Shown here: positions 14,535 through 29,200 of the stretch, piece after piece
Position numbering within the stretch: the stretch's first letter is position 1
How the letters are laid out: each line of letters opens with the position of its first letter
Source: Mobula birostris
Taxonomy: Eukaryota
Assembly: GCF_030028105.1 (NCBI RefSeq)
Contig: NC_092379.1
Coordinates: 108,614,408-108,678,407, forward strand
DNA length: 64,000 nucleotides
Direction of reading: 5' to 3'
Notes under the pieces: model-generated
Database searches by the model: none
What the model saw: the letters and a program-made list of their open reading frames with translations, nothing else
Told to the model about the DNA's origin: nothing
Translations under genes and position numbers: made by a program

Positions 14535-17500
14535 CAAGAGATAGCATTAAGTTTCAGAAGTTACTTAGGCAAAGTTTTTAATGAATTTTAAAACGAATCA
14601 TGGATTCCCTATCACATGATTTACACTACTTTCCAAAACTATTACTTTACATAAATAATAAGCATTTAGATGATTTTTTAAAACTATGAGCCCACGTGTT
14701 AAATATGAGTAACTGTAGCTTCGGAAAGTGCCAGGCTTGTTATGAGTGTCTCGTTGAGAGAGGAAGGGAAATGGTGCAACTAAACTTCCAAAGGAGCCCA
14801 GGATTTTTGTTGAAGTAATGCAGGATGGTTCCCTTGTCCATCATATAGTAAAGGACTCATGTGAATTGTGTCAGTGAGGGAGGAACAGTAAGCATAAAAG
14901 TATAAAGCAATAAATATGGCCCAATCACAAACAAGAGAAAGTCTGCAGATGCTGGAAAGCCAAGCAACACACACAAAATGCTGGAGGAACGCAGCAGGCC
15001 AGGCAGCATCTAGGAAGAGTACAGTCGACATTTCAGGCCTCTGACTCCATATCTTTTAATCCGGTCCTCATGAAGGATCTCGGCCTGAAACGTCGACTGC
15101 ACTCTTTTCCATAGATGCTGCTTGGCATGCTGAGTTCCTCCAGCATTGTGTGTGTGTTGAAATAAATGTGGTAGAGGTTTGTGTTAAAATCTAAAACTGA
15201 GAAGGGGAGTTCAGCCACTCCAGTACAGATTGTTTTTCTCTCCATAAGACTATAACACACAGGAGCAGAATTAGGCCATTCAGCCCATCAAGTCTGCTCC
15301 ACCATTCCATCATGACTGATCCTGGATCCCATTCAACCCCATACACCTGCCTTCTCGCCATATCTTTTGATGCCCTGACCAATCAGGAAGCTATCTACTT
15401 CCGCCTTAAATACATCCATGGACTTGGCCTCCACCACAGTCTGTGGCAGACCATTGCACAGATTTACTGTTCTCTAGTAAAACATTTCCTCCCTGCCTCT
15501 ATTCTAAAGGATCAACCCTCAGTTTTGAGGCTATGCACTCTAGTTCTGAATACCTCCACCATAGGAAACATCCTCTCTACATCCACCCTATCTAGTCCTT
15601 TCAGCATTTGGTAGATTTCAATTAGATCCCCCCAAAACTGCCAAATGCTCCTCATATATTCACCTCTTCATTCCTGGAATCATCTTTGTGAACCTCCTCT
15701 GGACTCTCTCGAATGACAACATATCCTTTCTTAGATATGGGGCTTAAAACTGTTGACAATACTCTAAGTGCAGCCTGATTTGTGTCTTATAAAGGCTCAG
15801 CATTATCTCCTTGCTTTTATATTCTATTCCCCTTGAAATAAATGCCAACATTGCATTTGCCTTCTTTACCACTGACTCAACCTGCAAATTAACCTTCCGG
15901 GGTTCTTGCACGAAGACTCCTAAGTCCCTCTACACCTCTGATGTTTGAACCTTCTCCCCATTTAGGTAATAGTCTGCACTATTGTTCCTTTTACTAAAGT
16001 GCATTATCATACATTTCCCAACACTGTATTCCATCCGTCACTTTTTGCCCATTCTTCCAATTTGTCTTAAGTCCTGTTGCGATTGTATTGCTTCCTCAGC
16101 ACTACCTACCCCTCCACCTATTTACATATCATCTGCAAACTTTGCCACAAAGCTATCGATTCCATTATCTAAATCACTGGCAAACAATGTGAAAAGTAGC
16201 GGTCTCAATATTGACCCCTGAGGAACACCACGAGTTACCGGCAGCCAACCAGAAAAGGTCTTTTTTATTCCCCCTCGCTGATTCCTGCCTGTCAACCATT
16301 CCGTATCCATGTCAGTATCTTTCCTGTAATGTCATGGGTGTGATTAATGCCATAATGTCAGGGGAGTTTTTAAAACAGTGACATGAGAGGAAGAGGAACA
16401 GAGGGAAAGCATTGAAAAACAAAGTCTACTTACGCATCAGTTCGTCCCTTCTTCTCATCCACCACTGCCAGGTCCTTACATTGACCCACATAGATTTGGA
16501 ACTCCTTGTTCTTCTCATTATAATCCAAGGCAAACTGAACTGACCCCTGGGCATCAATACTTCCAAAGTCAGCACTGTAAACACTCATGATGCTTCCACT
16601 CACCTGAAAGTGGCATTAAATATATTGTTATTTCTAGAAGTACATCATATCAGTATTCAGACTAGATTTATTTGTAAAGGTTACAAGAAATAGCTGATAC
16701 AATGAATTGGTACAAAGAGATCTATTCTTAGATCTACAAAACTGTTAAACTCCTCAAATGATCAACCACAGGAAGCAACTGCAAGCTTAAATAAATGTTT
16801 ATCTGGAAACATAAATATTCTTTGGTAACTAACAGAATACTTAGTAAATAATCAAGCTTTGCTTTATCAACAGTATAAAAAAAGGTTCTTCTAATTTTTG
16901 AAATCAGTACAAAACACTCAGGATATAAGTTGCAGTTTCTGTATCTTCACATGCCAAGTTAAGAAAACAAGCACATGATGATGCAGCCAGAAATAACTGA
17001 GAACCTGAGGGCAGGGGCGCCCTGCAGAAAGCTGTACAGTACTACTCGATACAGCACACACACACACAACTACTCAGAAACCCCAAAGAACCCGAAGGAT
17101 ACATTGAAATGACACTGACATAATGCAGCTCATTGCCCACAATTGAGACCTCAGATTTGACAATGCGGCAGCCAGCACCCTTCTCCCAACACCAAGTGTG
17201 CGAGGTTGGCCAAAGCCCCGTTGTGACTACAGCCTGAGGTGGGGGCAAAACCTAGCGCTTAGGGAAGTTTCTCTCTCCATGGATGCTGCTTGACCGTCTC
17301 GAGTTTCCAGGACTCTGTTTTGTTTCAGGTTTACAGCACCTGCAGCTTTTCAACTGGCATATTACAATGCAACCCAGTTCTATTGTATTAATAGTTATTC
17401 ATCCATCTATTTATTTATTGAGATACAGCATGAAGAAGGCCCTTGCAGCCCTTCGAGCTGTGCTGCCCAGCAATCCCCGATTTAACCCTAGCCTAATGGC

Positions 17501-20500
17501 ATCAGTGTGGAGTGGCAGCCAAATACAGGGTTTGGGAATTGGCAGGGGTGATGGCAGATCATAACCTGCAAGCAGAATCAGTAAGGAGACCAGAACATTC
17601 AAGAGTGGGCAGGGAATGGGATTTAGGTAAATCTCTCTACTTCCTCACGGGGATCCCAGTTTGCCACTGCAGGCTTAAGACCATCCTTCCCTGGTAATGC
17701 CCCACGATGGGTGCCTGCATCAGGATGTGGTTACCCTAGAGAGCGTGCAGAAAGTATTGACAAGAATGTTGCCTGGATAGCAGGACAGGCTGAGTTTTCT
17801 TTCCCTGAAGTGAGGGAGAGCGAGGGGTGACATGCCAGAGCTGTATAAATTATGAGAGGCAGAGATGGGGTAGATAGCCAGTGTCTGTTTCCCATGGTGC
17901 AGATGTCTAAAATTAGAGGGCACTGGTTTAAGGTAAGATAGAGGTGGTTCTGAGTACTAAATTGTTCAAGCAAACAGTAGCTGAAGGAGCTGCTAGGTGA
18001 GGTGGAGGTGTCAGCAACAGTAAAAAAAATTAAACTACAAGACCATAAGACATAGGAGCAGAATTAGGCCATTTAGCCCATCAATTCTGCTCTGTCATTC
18101 AATCATAGCTGAACATTTTTTTCCCATTCTCAGCCCCACTCCCTGGCCTTCTCCCGTAACCTTTGATGCCATGTCCAATTAAGAACCTATCAAGCTCTGC
18201 CTTAAATGCACCCAATGTCCTGGCCTCCACAGCTGCCTGAGGTAACAAATCCACAAATTTACCACCCATGGGCTAAAGAAATTTCTCCGCATCTCTGTCT
18301 TAAATGAACGTCCCTCCACCCTTAGGCTGTGCCCTCTTGTCCTAGACTCTCCCAACATGGGAAACTCCTTTCCACATTTGCTCTCTCTAAGCCTTTCAAT
18401 ATTCAGATGGTTTCATTGAGATCCCCTTCATCCTTTTAATTTCCAGCAAGTACAGACCCAGAGTTATCAAACATTCCTTCTATGATAATCCTTTAATTCC
18501 CAGAATCATCTTTGTGAACCTCCCCTGAACCCTCTTCAGTGCCAGCACATCTTTTCTTAGATGAGGAGCCCAAAACTGTTCACAATGCTTCCAAAGTCAG
18601 CACTGTAAACACTCATGATGCTTCCACTTACCTGAAAATGGCATTAAATATATTGTTATTTCTAGAAGTGCATCATATCAGTATTCATTTGCATCATATC
18701 AGTGGAGTGACAATTGCAACTTTCCAGTCCTCTGGCACCATGCCAAAGTCCAATGATTTTTGAAAGATCATTACTAATGCCTCCACAATCTCTACCACTA
18801 CCTCTTTCAGAACCCTAGGGCGTAGCTCATCTGGTCTGGGTGACTTATGCACCCTTAGGTCTTTCAGACTTTTGAGCAGTTTTCTCCCCTGTAATGGTAA
18901 CTGCACTCACTTCTCTTCCCACACCCTTCGACATCTGGCACACTGCTGGTATCTTTCACAGTGAAGACTGATGCTAAATACTCATTTAGTTCCTTGCCTC
19001 CCGTTATTATTTCTCCAGCCTCATTTTCTAGTGGTCCTGCATCGACTTTCATCTCCCTTTTTATCTTTTTTAGATATTTGAAAAAGCTGTTGCTACCCAC
19101 TTTGATATTGTTTACTAACTTGTTTTCATATTTTATTGTTCCCTCCTAACGTTTCTTTTAGTTGCTCTCTGTAGGTTTTTAGAAGCATCCCAATCCTCTA
19201 TTTTCCTGCTAATTTTTGGTTTGTCGTATGCCTTCTCTTTTGTTTTTACATTATCTTTGACTTCCCTTGTCAGCCATGGTTGTATTATTTTGCTATTTGA
19301 GTATTTCTTTGTTTTTGGAATATATCCATCCTGCACTTTCCTCATTTTTCCCAGAAACTCATTCCCCCCCCAAAAAAACTTGACAGGACAGGGAAGGATA
19401 TGTAATTATAAACATGAAGAAGTCTGTAGATGCTGGAAATCCAAAGAAACACACAGAAAATGCTGGAGGAACTCAGCAGGGCAGGCAGCATCTATGAAAA
19501 TTAATAAACAGTCGGCGTTTTGAGCTAAGACCGTTCTTCAGTACTGAAAGGAAAAGGAGAAGATGCCAGCATAAGAAGGTAAGGGTAGGGAAGGAGGCTA
19601 GCTGGAAGGTGACAGGTGAAAGCTGGTGGGTGGGAAAGGTAAAGGGCTGGAGAGGAAGGAATCTGACAGGAGAGAAGAGTGGACTATAGAAGAAAGGGAA
19701 GGAGGAGGGGACCAGGGGAAATTGATAGGCAGGTAAGAAGAGGTAAAAGGCCAGAATGGGGAACAGAGGAAGAGGGGTAGGGGAGGGATTTTTTTTCTGA
19801 TATTGATATTCATGCCATCATGTTGGTGGCTACCCAGATGGAATACAAGGTGTTGCTCCTCCACCCTGAGGGTGGCCTCATCTTGGCACAACAGGAGATC
19901 ATGGACCAAGATGTCAGAATGGGACTGAGGGTCGGAATTTTTATACACAGGGTTCACGGTCAGCGTAAACATAATGGACAAGAAGTCTACTTCTGTGCCC
20001 TACAACTCCGTGACTCCACGGTTGAAGTTCCTGCGGAATGACACCATGGTAGAGCAGCACGGTAGATGAGTGGTTAGCCAGCCGTAAGACCAGAGTTCAA
20101 TTCCCACCACAGTCTACGTGGGTTTCCTCAGAGTGCTCCAGTTTGCTCCCACTTCCCAAAAAAACATATGGACACGGGTTCGTGAGTTGTGGGCTTGCTA
20201 TGTGTGGCAGCACTGGTGGGCTGCTAAGCATAATCCTCACGGATTCAGTTTGAAGTAACACATTTCAATGTACATGTACAAATGAAGCTAATCTTTCTTT
20301 CTTTTTCTTTCTTATATGGGAAATTTGATCATCCCACGTAGGTTCAGTGCAGAACCTACATCACTGGTCTAGAATTTCACCTGGAAATGGGCACAAACAA
20401 AACTTAATCCAGGTTAAGCTAACTGTTGTAACAGTGTTGTGTGAGTTAATTTCAAGGCAATAATTCTTTCGTATACGTGTAACATACAGAAGCTGAAGAA

Positions 20501-23500
20501 ACAAACAAAGTCTGTCTATTTCTGTGGAGCTGGGGGTGGATACTAAAAATAATCTTGTGTAGGTGTGATAGTCTGAAGATTTAAAACCTTTGCATTAAGA
20601 TGTGATCAAAATCTCCCCCAGCTTACCTCCTACGCCAACAACCTACAGGAGTATTTGTCAGGTCCTTCACCAGAGTCCATCAGTCTCAGGCCTTTAGAAA
20701 AGTGGGATAGCAGGGAGAGATGGGCGAATGCACTCAACAAGGGTCATTGCTGCACAGCTGGACATCCAGCAAACTGTCTATCAACACAAGCTATTTACAC
20801 AAACATGCCAGGCATCACTAGCCAACTTAATATTGGCTGCTTCAGTACATACATTACTTTGCAGGTATGATCAGCTCATGATTAGAACTACAGGAAAGCG
20901 CATACTGCAATATTAAAATTATACACCGAGGAGTCACAGAAAAATAGCAAACAAATGATGACTTGCAGAATCCCTCCACCATGGTCACCATTTGAACATC
21001 ACCCACAAGAGGCTCTGGGCACACACTTCATTACATCAGCTGCACCATAAGGGCGATTGTCCAGCTCTTGTTCTTCATGGGGCAACTGATTATCAAAAGA
21101 ACAACAACTTTTCCTTTGTAAACGGTTCTTTTTCCTTTCAACTGCACCCTCAGGTTGGAACTTGCAGTCTGCTCTGTTTTATCCGGAGGAGACCTACCGT
21201 GAAAATCCCATTCAGTGGCGAGGCAGGTAACCAAGCAGTATGGCGCAAATTTCTCTGCATGTAATTAACTGTTCTTCGGCTTGTGGTAACAACTAAACTT
21301 CAAAGTCGAAGGAATACTGGCATTCAGGTGTATTCCACCACCAAAATACGTAGTAAACAATATACAGTATGAGCAGCCAACAAAGCAAACCAGAACTCCT
21401 GAGGATAAGGGCTGTATTGCAAGATTAGACACCCAGACTAAAGAAAAAGTTTCTGACCTTTTGTGGTTCAAGAGCGCATATACAGTCTACGTTAGAATAA
21501 TTGTGTGCAGATTTCAATAAACAGGGTTAGAACACGTCAAGATTTTGTATGGATAAATTCCTACCGAAGAAACCGATGCCATATCTGAAGAATGGCTGGC
21601 ATCGCTGGGTGTCTTCCTGTGCCATCCAATGTTGAAGCTGATCTCGGAGGCCGAATCAGATTCACTCTGACAAAACAAGACAGACCGACAGACCAGTTGA
21701 ATAAAGGAGCTCAATATTCTTTCAAATAGAAATCATAGCGAATCTGCAAGATCCTTTGTCACAAGCACAATTTCACACACTGATTATTTATTTCCATCTG
21801 CAAACCAAGTTATTTACTGTTGGGGTAAAATGTAAGCAAATGAGACTAGCTTAGATGGGAACTATGGTCCACATGAACCTAACTCGATTAGTAAGGGTGT
21901 CAATGGTTACGGGGAGAAGGCAGTAGAACAGGTTTGATACAGATGAATCAGCCATGATCAAATGGTGGAGCAGACTTGATGGACTGAATGGCCTAAGTCT
22001 TGTTCCTGTGTCTTACGGAGTAACTGCTTATTTATACTTATTTAATTTAAAGATAGAGTTTGGAACAGGCCTTTCTGGCCCAATGAGCTACCCTGCCCAG
22101 CAACCCTCTGATTTAACCCTCGTCTAATCACAGAACAATTTGCAATGTCCAATTAACCTACTAAGCAGTACATGCACTCACAGGAAGGCTGATCAATCTC
22201 ATTACAGATGGCAATGGAATTGAACTCCGAACCCTGATGCCCCTGGCTATGATAGCATCACGCTAAACACTACTCTATGGCAGAGTTGGTTATCTAGATT
22301 AGTCTATGATAGTAGCCAACATGTTAGTAGAAACCTGTTCAATTACCAGTTAACTATTTGCCAGCCAGCTGAGTAGATAAATGGACATCTTTTTTATTGT
22401 CTCATAAACAATTAGCGCTGTCTGGAAGTTGGACATGGAGCAGAGCTACCCAGCAATGGAAATAACATTTAAATATTAGATTTTAAATAGCTGAAGATAA
22501 AAAGCATTTTTTTGGGTGACAGTGTTTGGAAAGTCAGAAGTGGCGATTGCACACAGTAAATATTAACAAACAACGTTAATTAAATTTAGCTGATTTATGG
22601 GGGGGATCTGAGGGGGGGGGAGCTTCTTCATGCAGAAGGTGGGGCAAGTGTGGAGTGCGCTGCCAATGCCATTGATAGATGCGGGATCAATTCTAATATT
22701 TAAGAAAAGTTTGGGTAGGTACATGGATTAGAGAGGTATGGAAGGCCAGGGTACAGATAGGCTAGGTAGATGGACTAGATCAGGTTGGCATGGACTAGAT
22801 GGGCCAAAAGGCCTGTTTCTGTGTGGTCAATGTCTATGACTCTAAATGTTGTCGCACAAGCGTTAGGTGACATGGAATAGGGTAAAAATATATTTTTCAG
22901 GATAGTATGTGTTTAATATTCAAACCTTATGATAATAATCAAATGGTTATCCAGCCCATCACCAGCAAGGCAAACTGTAGCACATGCTCACTGCATCTCA
23001 AAGCTCCGGGAGAATCAGGTGAAGTCATGATGGACTTCAATAACATTCGTCTGGTGTCAATGAATAAGTGTGAGAAATTAAGAGAACTAGTATCGCAAGA
23101 TGAAGTCATCTAAAATTCTCAAATAATGATGTAATTTTTCATGTTGGTCACAACGACTTCATTGTTCAAAGTAGTTGCCCCATGCTTAGAAGCACAAGTT
23201 TGTCGTCAAGAAATGGAATAAATTGTGAATAGAATTCAGACTTGAACAGTTGTTTCAAGAGCGATATGCTCAGTCACCTCACACCGAACAGTTGTGAATT
23301 TGTAAGAATTTACATGATTTGAAGTTCTGTATTAAAAATCCGACTTTCCTTAAGTAGGCAATGCTTTATAGTAGTTGAAGAGAAACAATTGTAACACAGG
23401 GATTGGGGTAGGCAGGTTAATTTTGAATTGGTGATGTTAATTCCCTCAACTTTTACTGCTCAGGATTTTCTGGAGGTCTTAATTCCATCCATTCATTTAT

Positions 23501-26225
23501 GGCACCAGCAATTCCCTCAAGATTCAAGACTATTTATCGTCATTCTTCTGTACACAAGTGTAAAGGAGAACGAAATGATTGTTACTCTGGATCTGATGTA
23601 GCATTTAAAAAAACACAATAAGTATAAAAAACACAATAAAAAAAGCAAAAAACACACAAGAAATATAAATATAAGAGCAATTCTATAAAACACAAAGTAT
23701 AAGTAATCGTTTGAGTATGCTCTTTTCATACATAAAATTAGCTGATATACATCGGCTGATTGTATTTTACATAAATTGGCGCTAGGTGCAAGAATATCTA
23801 TACATAAGGTGACTCTGACAGGGAATGATAAATTTACAAGGTAACTCTTAGCAAGAGGAACTCTTGTAGGTAACAGCAGGACATACGAAAACACAGTTAG
23901 ACAGTGACCGTGTCACTGGAGATTTGAAGTGTGAAGTGTAAGTGTAAAGTAGAAATGCATGGAGGGATGAAGGGTGCTGAGGGGCTGTGGAGAGGAGTGG
24001 CTGATGAGTATATAGGGATAGTGGAGTGGGTTTAATGGGTGCAGTTGCTGACTTGGGGGAGTAACAGCTTTTGAGTTTAGTGGTTCTGACACGATGGTGC
24101 TTTCCTCTTCCCCAATGGGAGTTGGGCAAACAGTCGATTAGCAGGATGGGTGGGATCCTTCATGATGTTATTTCAATGTATACCACCTATTCACAATTAT
24201 ATTTCATACCTCAGGCATCAGCATGGGAACAGACTTGCTCAGCTCCTTCACCCTGGCATGCTCCAGGACTGGAGTCTTTATTACAGGTGGCTTGTCATCA
24301 GTTGGTAATTGAATATTACCTGGGGAATAAAGAAAGCTGGCGTTAATATACAAAAACCCTTTCAGGCATCAAGCAAGGACGTTCAGCACAATGAACTGTG
24401 CACATGACTTTACTGTATATCTTTACATATTAGCTTGTACGTAACCCTTAACACTAACCACATCAAAGAACCAGTTTAGAGGCCAAGACATCTGAATGAG
24501 AATTTTTATTACTGACTTATATGACTTGAAATTCATTGTTTTGCAGCAACAGTAGAAGGCAAAGACTTGGAATTACTATGAATTACAAAAAATAATAAAT
24601 AGTGCAGAAAAAAAGGAATAACAAGTTAATGTTCATGGGTCTGCGAACCATTTGGGGGCCTGATTGGCAGAAAGGAAGAAGCTGTTCCTGGATCTTCAGG
24701 CTCTTGTGTCTTCTCCCCAAAGGTGGTAACAAGTAGGCACGTCTCAGATGGTGTGGGTCCTCAGCAATGGCTATATCTTTCTTGAGACACTAGCCTTTGA
24801 AGATGCCTTTGACGGTAAGGAGAGTTGTGCCCATGATGGAGGTGGCTGAGTCTCATCCATGAATGATCAATATTTCTTTTAAAATATCACAGTGTTGGCA
24901 TTAAAAGAAAAAGAAGATAATAGAGTTGACTGTCTGAAATCATGTATAAAGGAGTAGAAAAGCTCAACTATGCAGTTCAAGCCATTGTTTCTGTCACTAC
25001 TTACAGTGATGTTAAGTGCTTCTTTCTCTTAAGGCCTAGTAACTCCGCCTAACTCAATGATCCATAACTATTGCCAGATTCTGTGGTTCTCTTTAGCCAA
25101 TTGCCCAGAGAAGCATTACTGACAAAGGAAGTAATTTAAACATTTAAAAAGCATATTTTAATTAATGAAAACCATAACTTACTTTAACAACGCCACTGTA
25201 ATATCTGTATCAAATCCTAACTCTGGAATCTAGCAAAAGGGATTATTTATTATAGTATTAAAGTCAATCTGAATTCCTGAAGCTAACGCACTTTGTATAA
25301 ACTTCACATTACTTCATAATGTTTAGCATCAATTGATGGACACTAATTCTCCCCTGATTCTCCATCCACTTCCTACACCAACAGAAATTTACTACGGCAA
25401 ATTTAACCTCCAGCACATCTTTAGGATATGGGAGGATATTAGCGCACATGGAGAATATCACAAGGAAAAGGTGCAACTTCCACTAAATGTGGAGTAAAAT
25501 AATCCGTCAGAAAACGAAGCATTTAATGACAAAGTTTCAACACAGCAGGATACCAGAAGTGTATACACTATACAAAGTGTACTCCAGAAAGCAGGGGATA
25601 TAGACCAGTCCACCACAGGCAAAGGCCTCCCCACTGTTGAGTACATTTACATGGAGTGCTGCCACAGGAAAGCAACATCCTTCATCAAAGACCCCCACCA
25701 CCCAGACCATGCCCTCTTCTCACGACTATCTTTGAGCAGGAGATACAGAAGCCCTAAGTCCTATACTGTCAGTTTCAGGAACAGTTCAGGATCCTGAACT
25801 GAAGTGGATAACTTCAGGCGCTCTGACTGAACTGATTCTACGATCTACAAACTCACCTCCAAGGACTCCTTACAACTCAGTTCTCAGTATTATTATTATT
25901 TTCACAGTCTGTCTTATTTTTGCATATTGCACATTGGAAGTTGTCAGTCTTTGCCTTTGTCTTGGATATATAAGCTTTCTTATGTATTTATATTTATTGT
26001 GTTTTTATTATTATTGTGCTCTTTATCCTCTGTCAGGTTTTTTTTTGTGCTGCTTCGGATCCAGAGTAACAATTATTTTGTTCTCATTTACACTTGTATA
26101 CAGGAAATGGCATTAAATAATCTTAAGTGCTATGTATAGTTTCTCATAAATTTTAATTACATTTCTCATTTTCCTTGTAAACGCCTGCAAGAAAATGGAT
26201 CCCAAGGTAGTTTATGGTAACGTCA

Positions 26226-26264
<39 letters not shown>

Positions 26265-29200
26265 TTTGATAATAAGTTTATTTTGAACCTTAATAGGTTA
26301 CTACCTGAAATTGTTTTCAAAGACCTATCATACAGTTAAATTGAGCTCATTAAGGGTGCAATTCTCACAAGAAAACATATTACGGGATAGTAGGAACATC
26401 CATTGTTTTCTTACAATGCCGTCTGTACAGACGGAATATTGGGTTGAAGGTCATCACGTCAATGGTTTGGAAATACATCAACTTTTCCAACAAAGGGAGT
26501 GGAAGAAATTTGACCATTCTGTTAGCGGCTGTTATTTCTAGATCAATAAATTACAAAACAAAAGCCAAATGCAGGAAAGTTGCCTTGGGAGAGTTCTTTT
26601 TCTTTTTAAATCTTTTTATTAGTTTTTCAAAATTATAAACTCAATAACAAAGTTGGTACAAAGAGATCGGATAAATGTTCATCAGCATATATAAAATGAA
26701 TTTTAAGTAACATAGAAATAAAAGACTTCCAAACTCATAATGAGATTAAACATTAACAAAGAAATAAAAAGAAAAAAAAATATAAACAAAAAAAAACCCA
26801 AAGGAAAACGAGAAAGAAAAACCAAAAAAAAAGACAGAACAGGGCTAGACCAACAACTTGTATCAGACACGATCAATAATGTTGTTAACTCTGCTCCTCT
26901 CATCATATAATTTTAGAAAAATGATCCGGAAAGGTCAGATTACATCATATGAAAATGTTGCAGGGAGAGTTCTGTATTAATTAACAGGCAGTACTTTTAA
27001 ACTCGTCACGTGCCCAAATAATGTAAATTAATGACTGAGATATATCCAGTTCACTCGAGACGCACAAAAACATGGTTCTATTCCTCATGTCAGTCTGTGA
27101 CATGCTGGGAAGTCATTCCAACCCATTACCTAGTCACCAATAATTGGCGAAATTGAGAATTATTTCTTTATTGTGTACCACTGTTTTAGGTAGACCTGTA
27201 CACCTGCTCGTTAATGCAAATGTCTAATCAGCCAATCATGTAGCAGCAACTCAATGCATAAAATCATGCAGATATGGTCAGAAGGTTCGGTTGTTGTTCA
27301 GACCAAATATCAGAATGGGGAAAAAATGTGACCAAGGTGACTTTGACTGTGGAATGATTGTTGATGCCAGACACGGTTGTTTGAATATCTCAGATATTGC
27401 TGAACCCCTGGGCTTTTCACACACAACAATCTCTAGAGAATGGTGCGAAAAACAAAGCAATACATCCAGTGAACACCAGTTGTGTGGGCGAAAATGCCTT
27501 GTTGTTGAAAGAGGTCAAAGGAGAATGGCCGGATTGGTATAAGCTGACAGGAAGGCACCAGTAACTCAAATAACGACACGTTACAGCAGTGGTGTGCAGA
27601 AGAGCATCCCTGAATGCACAACACATCCGAGCTTGAAGTGGATGGGCTACAGCAGCTGAAGACCATGAACATATTTCAAACAAAATGCAAGCCTCTAAAA
27701 AGGTGGAAAACACATTGTATATCAATGGCTCGGGAATGCTGCCAAGCCCTAAATACTTTACTATTAGGAAGTTTATACCATTAAAATAGTCTGCCACTGA
27801 AATGTCTATTGTGTATTCAGATCAGAAGAAAATAAATATATATAGGTTTGAGATGTGATCTCATTTAATAATTTCTTAATGTTATTTCAATGGTGGTTCT
27901 GAATGATTTCTTGAAATGAAAAAACCTTACACATTTCAGATACCATTTCCAAATTCATCAGTAAGAATGCCATTGTAGAAGACAACAGTATTCAACAGAG
28001 TTAGAAGTCATGCAAGCTTTTCATAATTAATCCCTCACCATCTCCTCTTGTTTCATTGTCATTCACCAAGGAAGTGATTGTTTCTCCTGTAAGGAAAAAA
28101 AAATAAAACTGAATTCTGTCTGTTGGCCAGTTTATGAGTACGTTCACCAAGTTGGTAGATTAGGTCAGCTAAAGCAATATCCCCATGAGAAACCTGAATC
28201 AAAATTAGAAACATTCAAGATACTCAGGTATGAAAGGAGACTGAGCTTGTACCTGGAACAATTCTCTCTCCCCCACTTTTATTCATTGAGTTCATTCCTT
28301 CACGACTCCCCAGTTCAATCTGTCATCCAAGTCTACTACCCCCGCCACCCCCCCCACCCCATCAACTGGCATTTTCTGCATTTATTATTCACTACGGTCC
28401 CCTCTAGAGTGGAGAAGCTAACTGCAGGTTGGATGATCACTTCGCAGGAGTAAGCCTGAGATTCCAGTTACCTGCCAGTTTAATTCACCATCCCAAGGCT
28501 TTAACATCGACAATTGCTCCTCCTCACCTTTCCCCCCACAGATACTGCCAGTCCTTCTCCCGCAGCTTGTTTCACCTGCACTCTCTTGTATCTCCATCAG
28601 TACATCTAAGAGCTTTGTACGCTCTGTATTATCCATTAGTTAGTACACTTCAATGATGGTATAACAGCCACAATGTTATTTTTATGCAGTATTGAAATAG
28701 AATCAGAAAAGGTACACATAATTTTTTACCTGGTTGCATTAAACATGAAAACAACTAATGTTCCAGTTATAACATACAGGCAGGAAGGAAAAAAGTAAGC
28801 ACATGGAAGAGAAAGGTACTCTTTACTGTGCAAACAAAATGAGCAATAGCTTCTTCCTCTGTGTAGTGTTTATCAAACACAGGCACAATCTGTTGATACA
28901 GGTGAAATGCTAGAGTAGAACCTACATTCTACACTGCATTCCTGCCTGTTATGAGACTCTGTCCACATCATTTTTGATCATCTTTGGTAAATCTTCTCAT
29001 TCTCTACATACTGACTGTATCTTCACATATCAACTGCTTCTAAAAATGGCTCAATGTTTTCACAATTTGTGCTTAAACACCCTTATCCTCCTTTACCCAT
29101 AAGATATCCATATTTACCTAGAGTCATAGAACACTACAGTTCAGAAACAGGCCCTTCAGCCCATCCAGTGTGTGCTGAACCATTAACCTGCCCAGTCCCA

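Noticed and set aside
21198-21254. 57-nt phase 0-0 open segment bounded by AG and GT
   Set aside because: No polypyrimidine tract, and it would interrupt the conserved MASVSS-VSGS junction.
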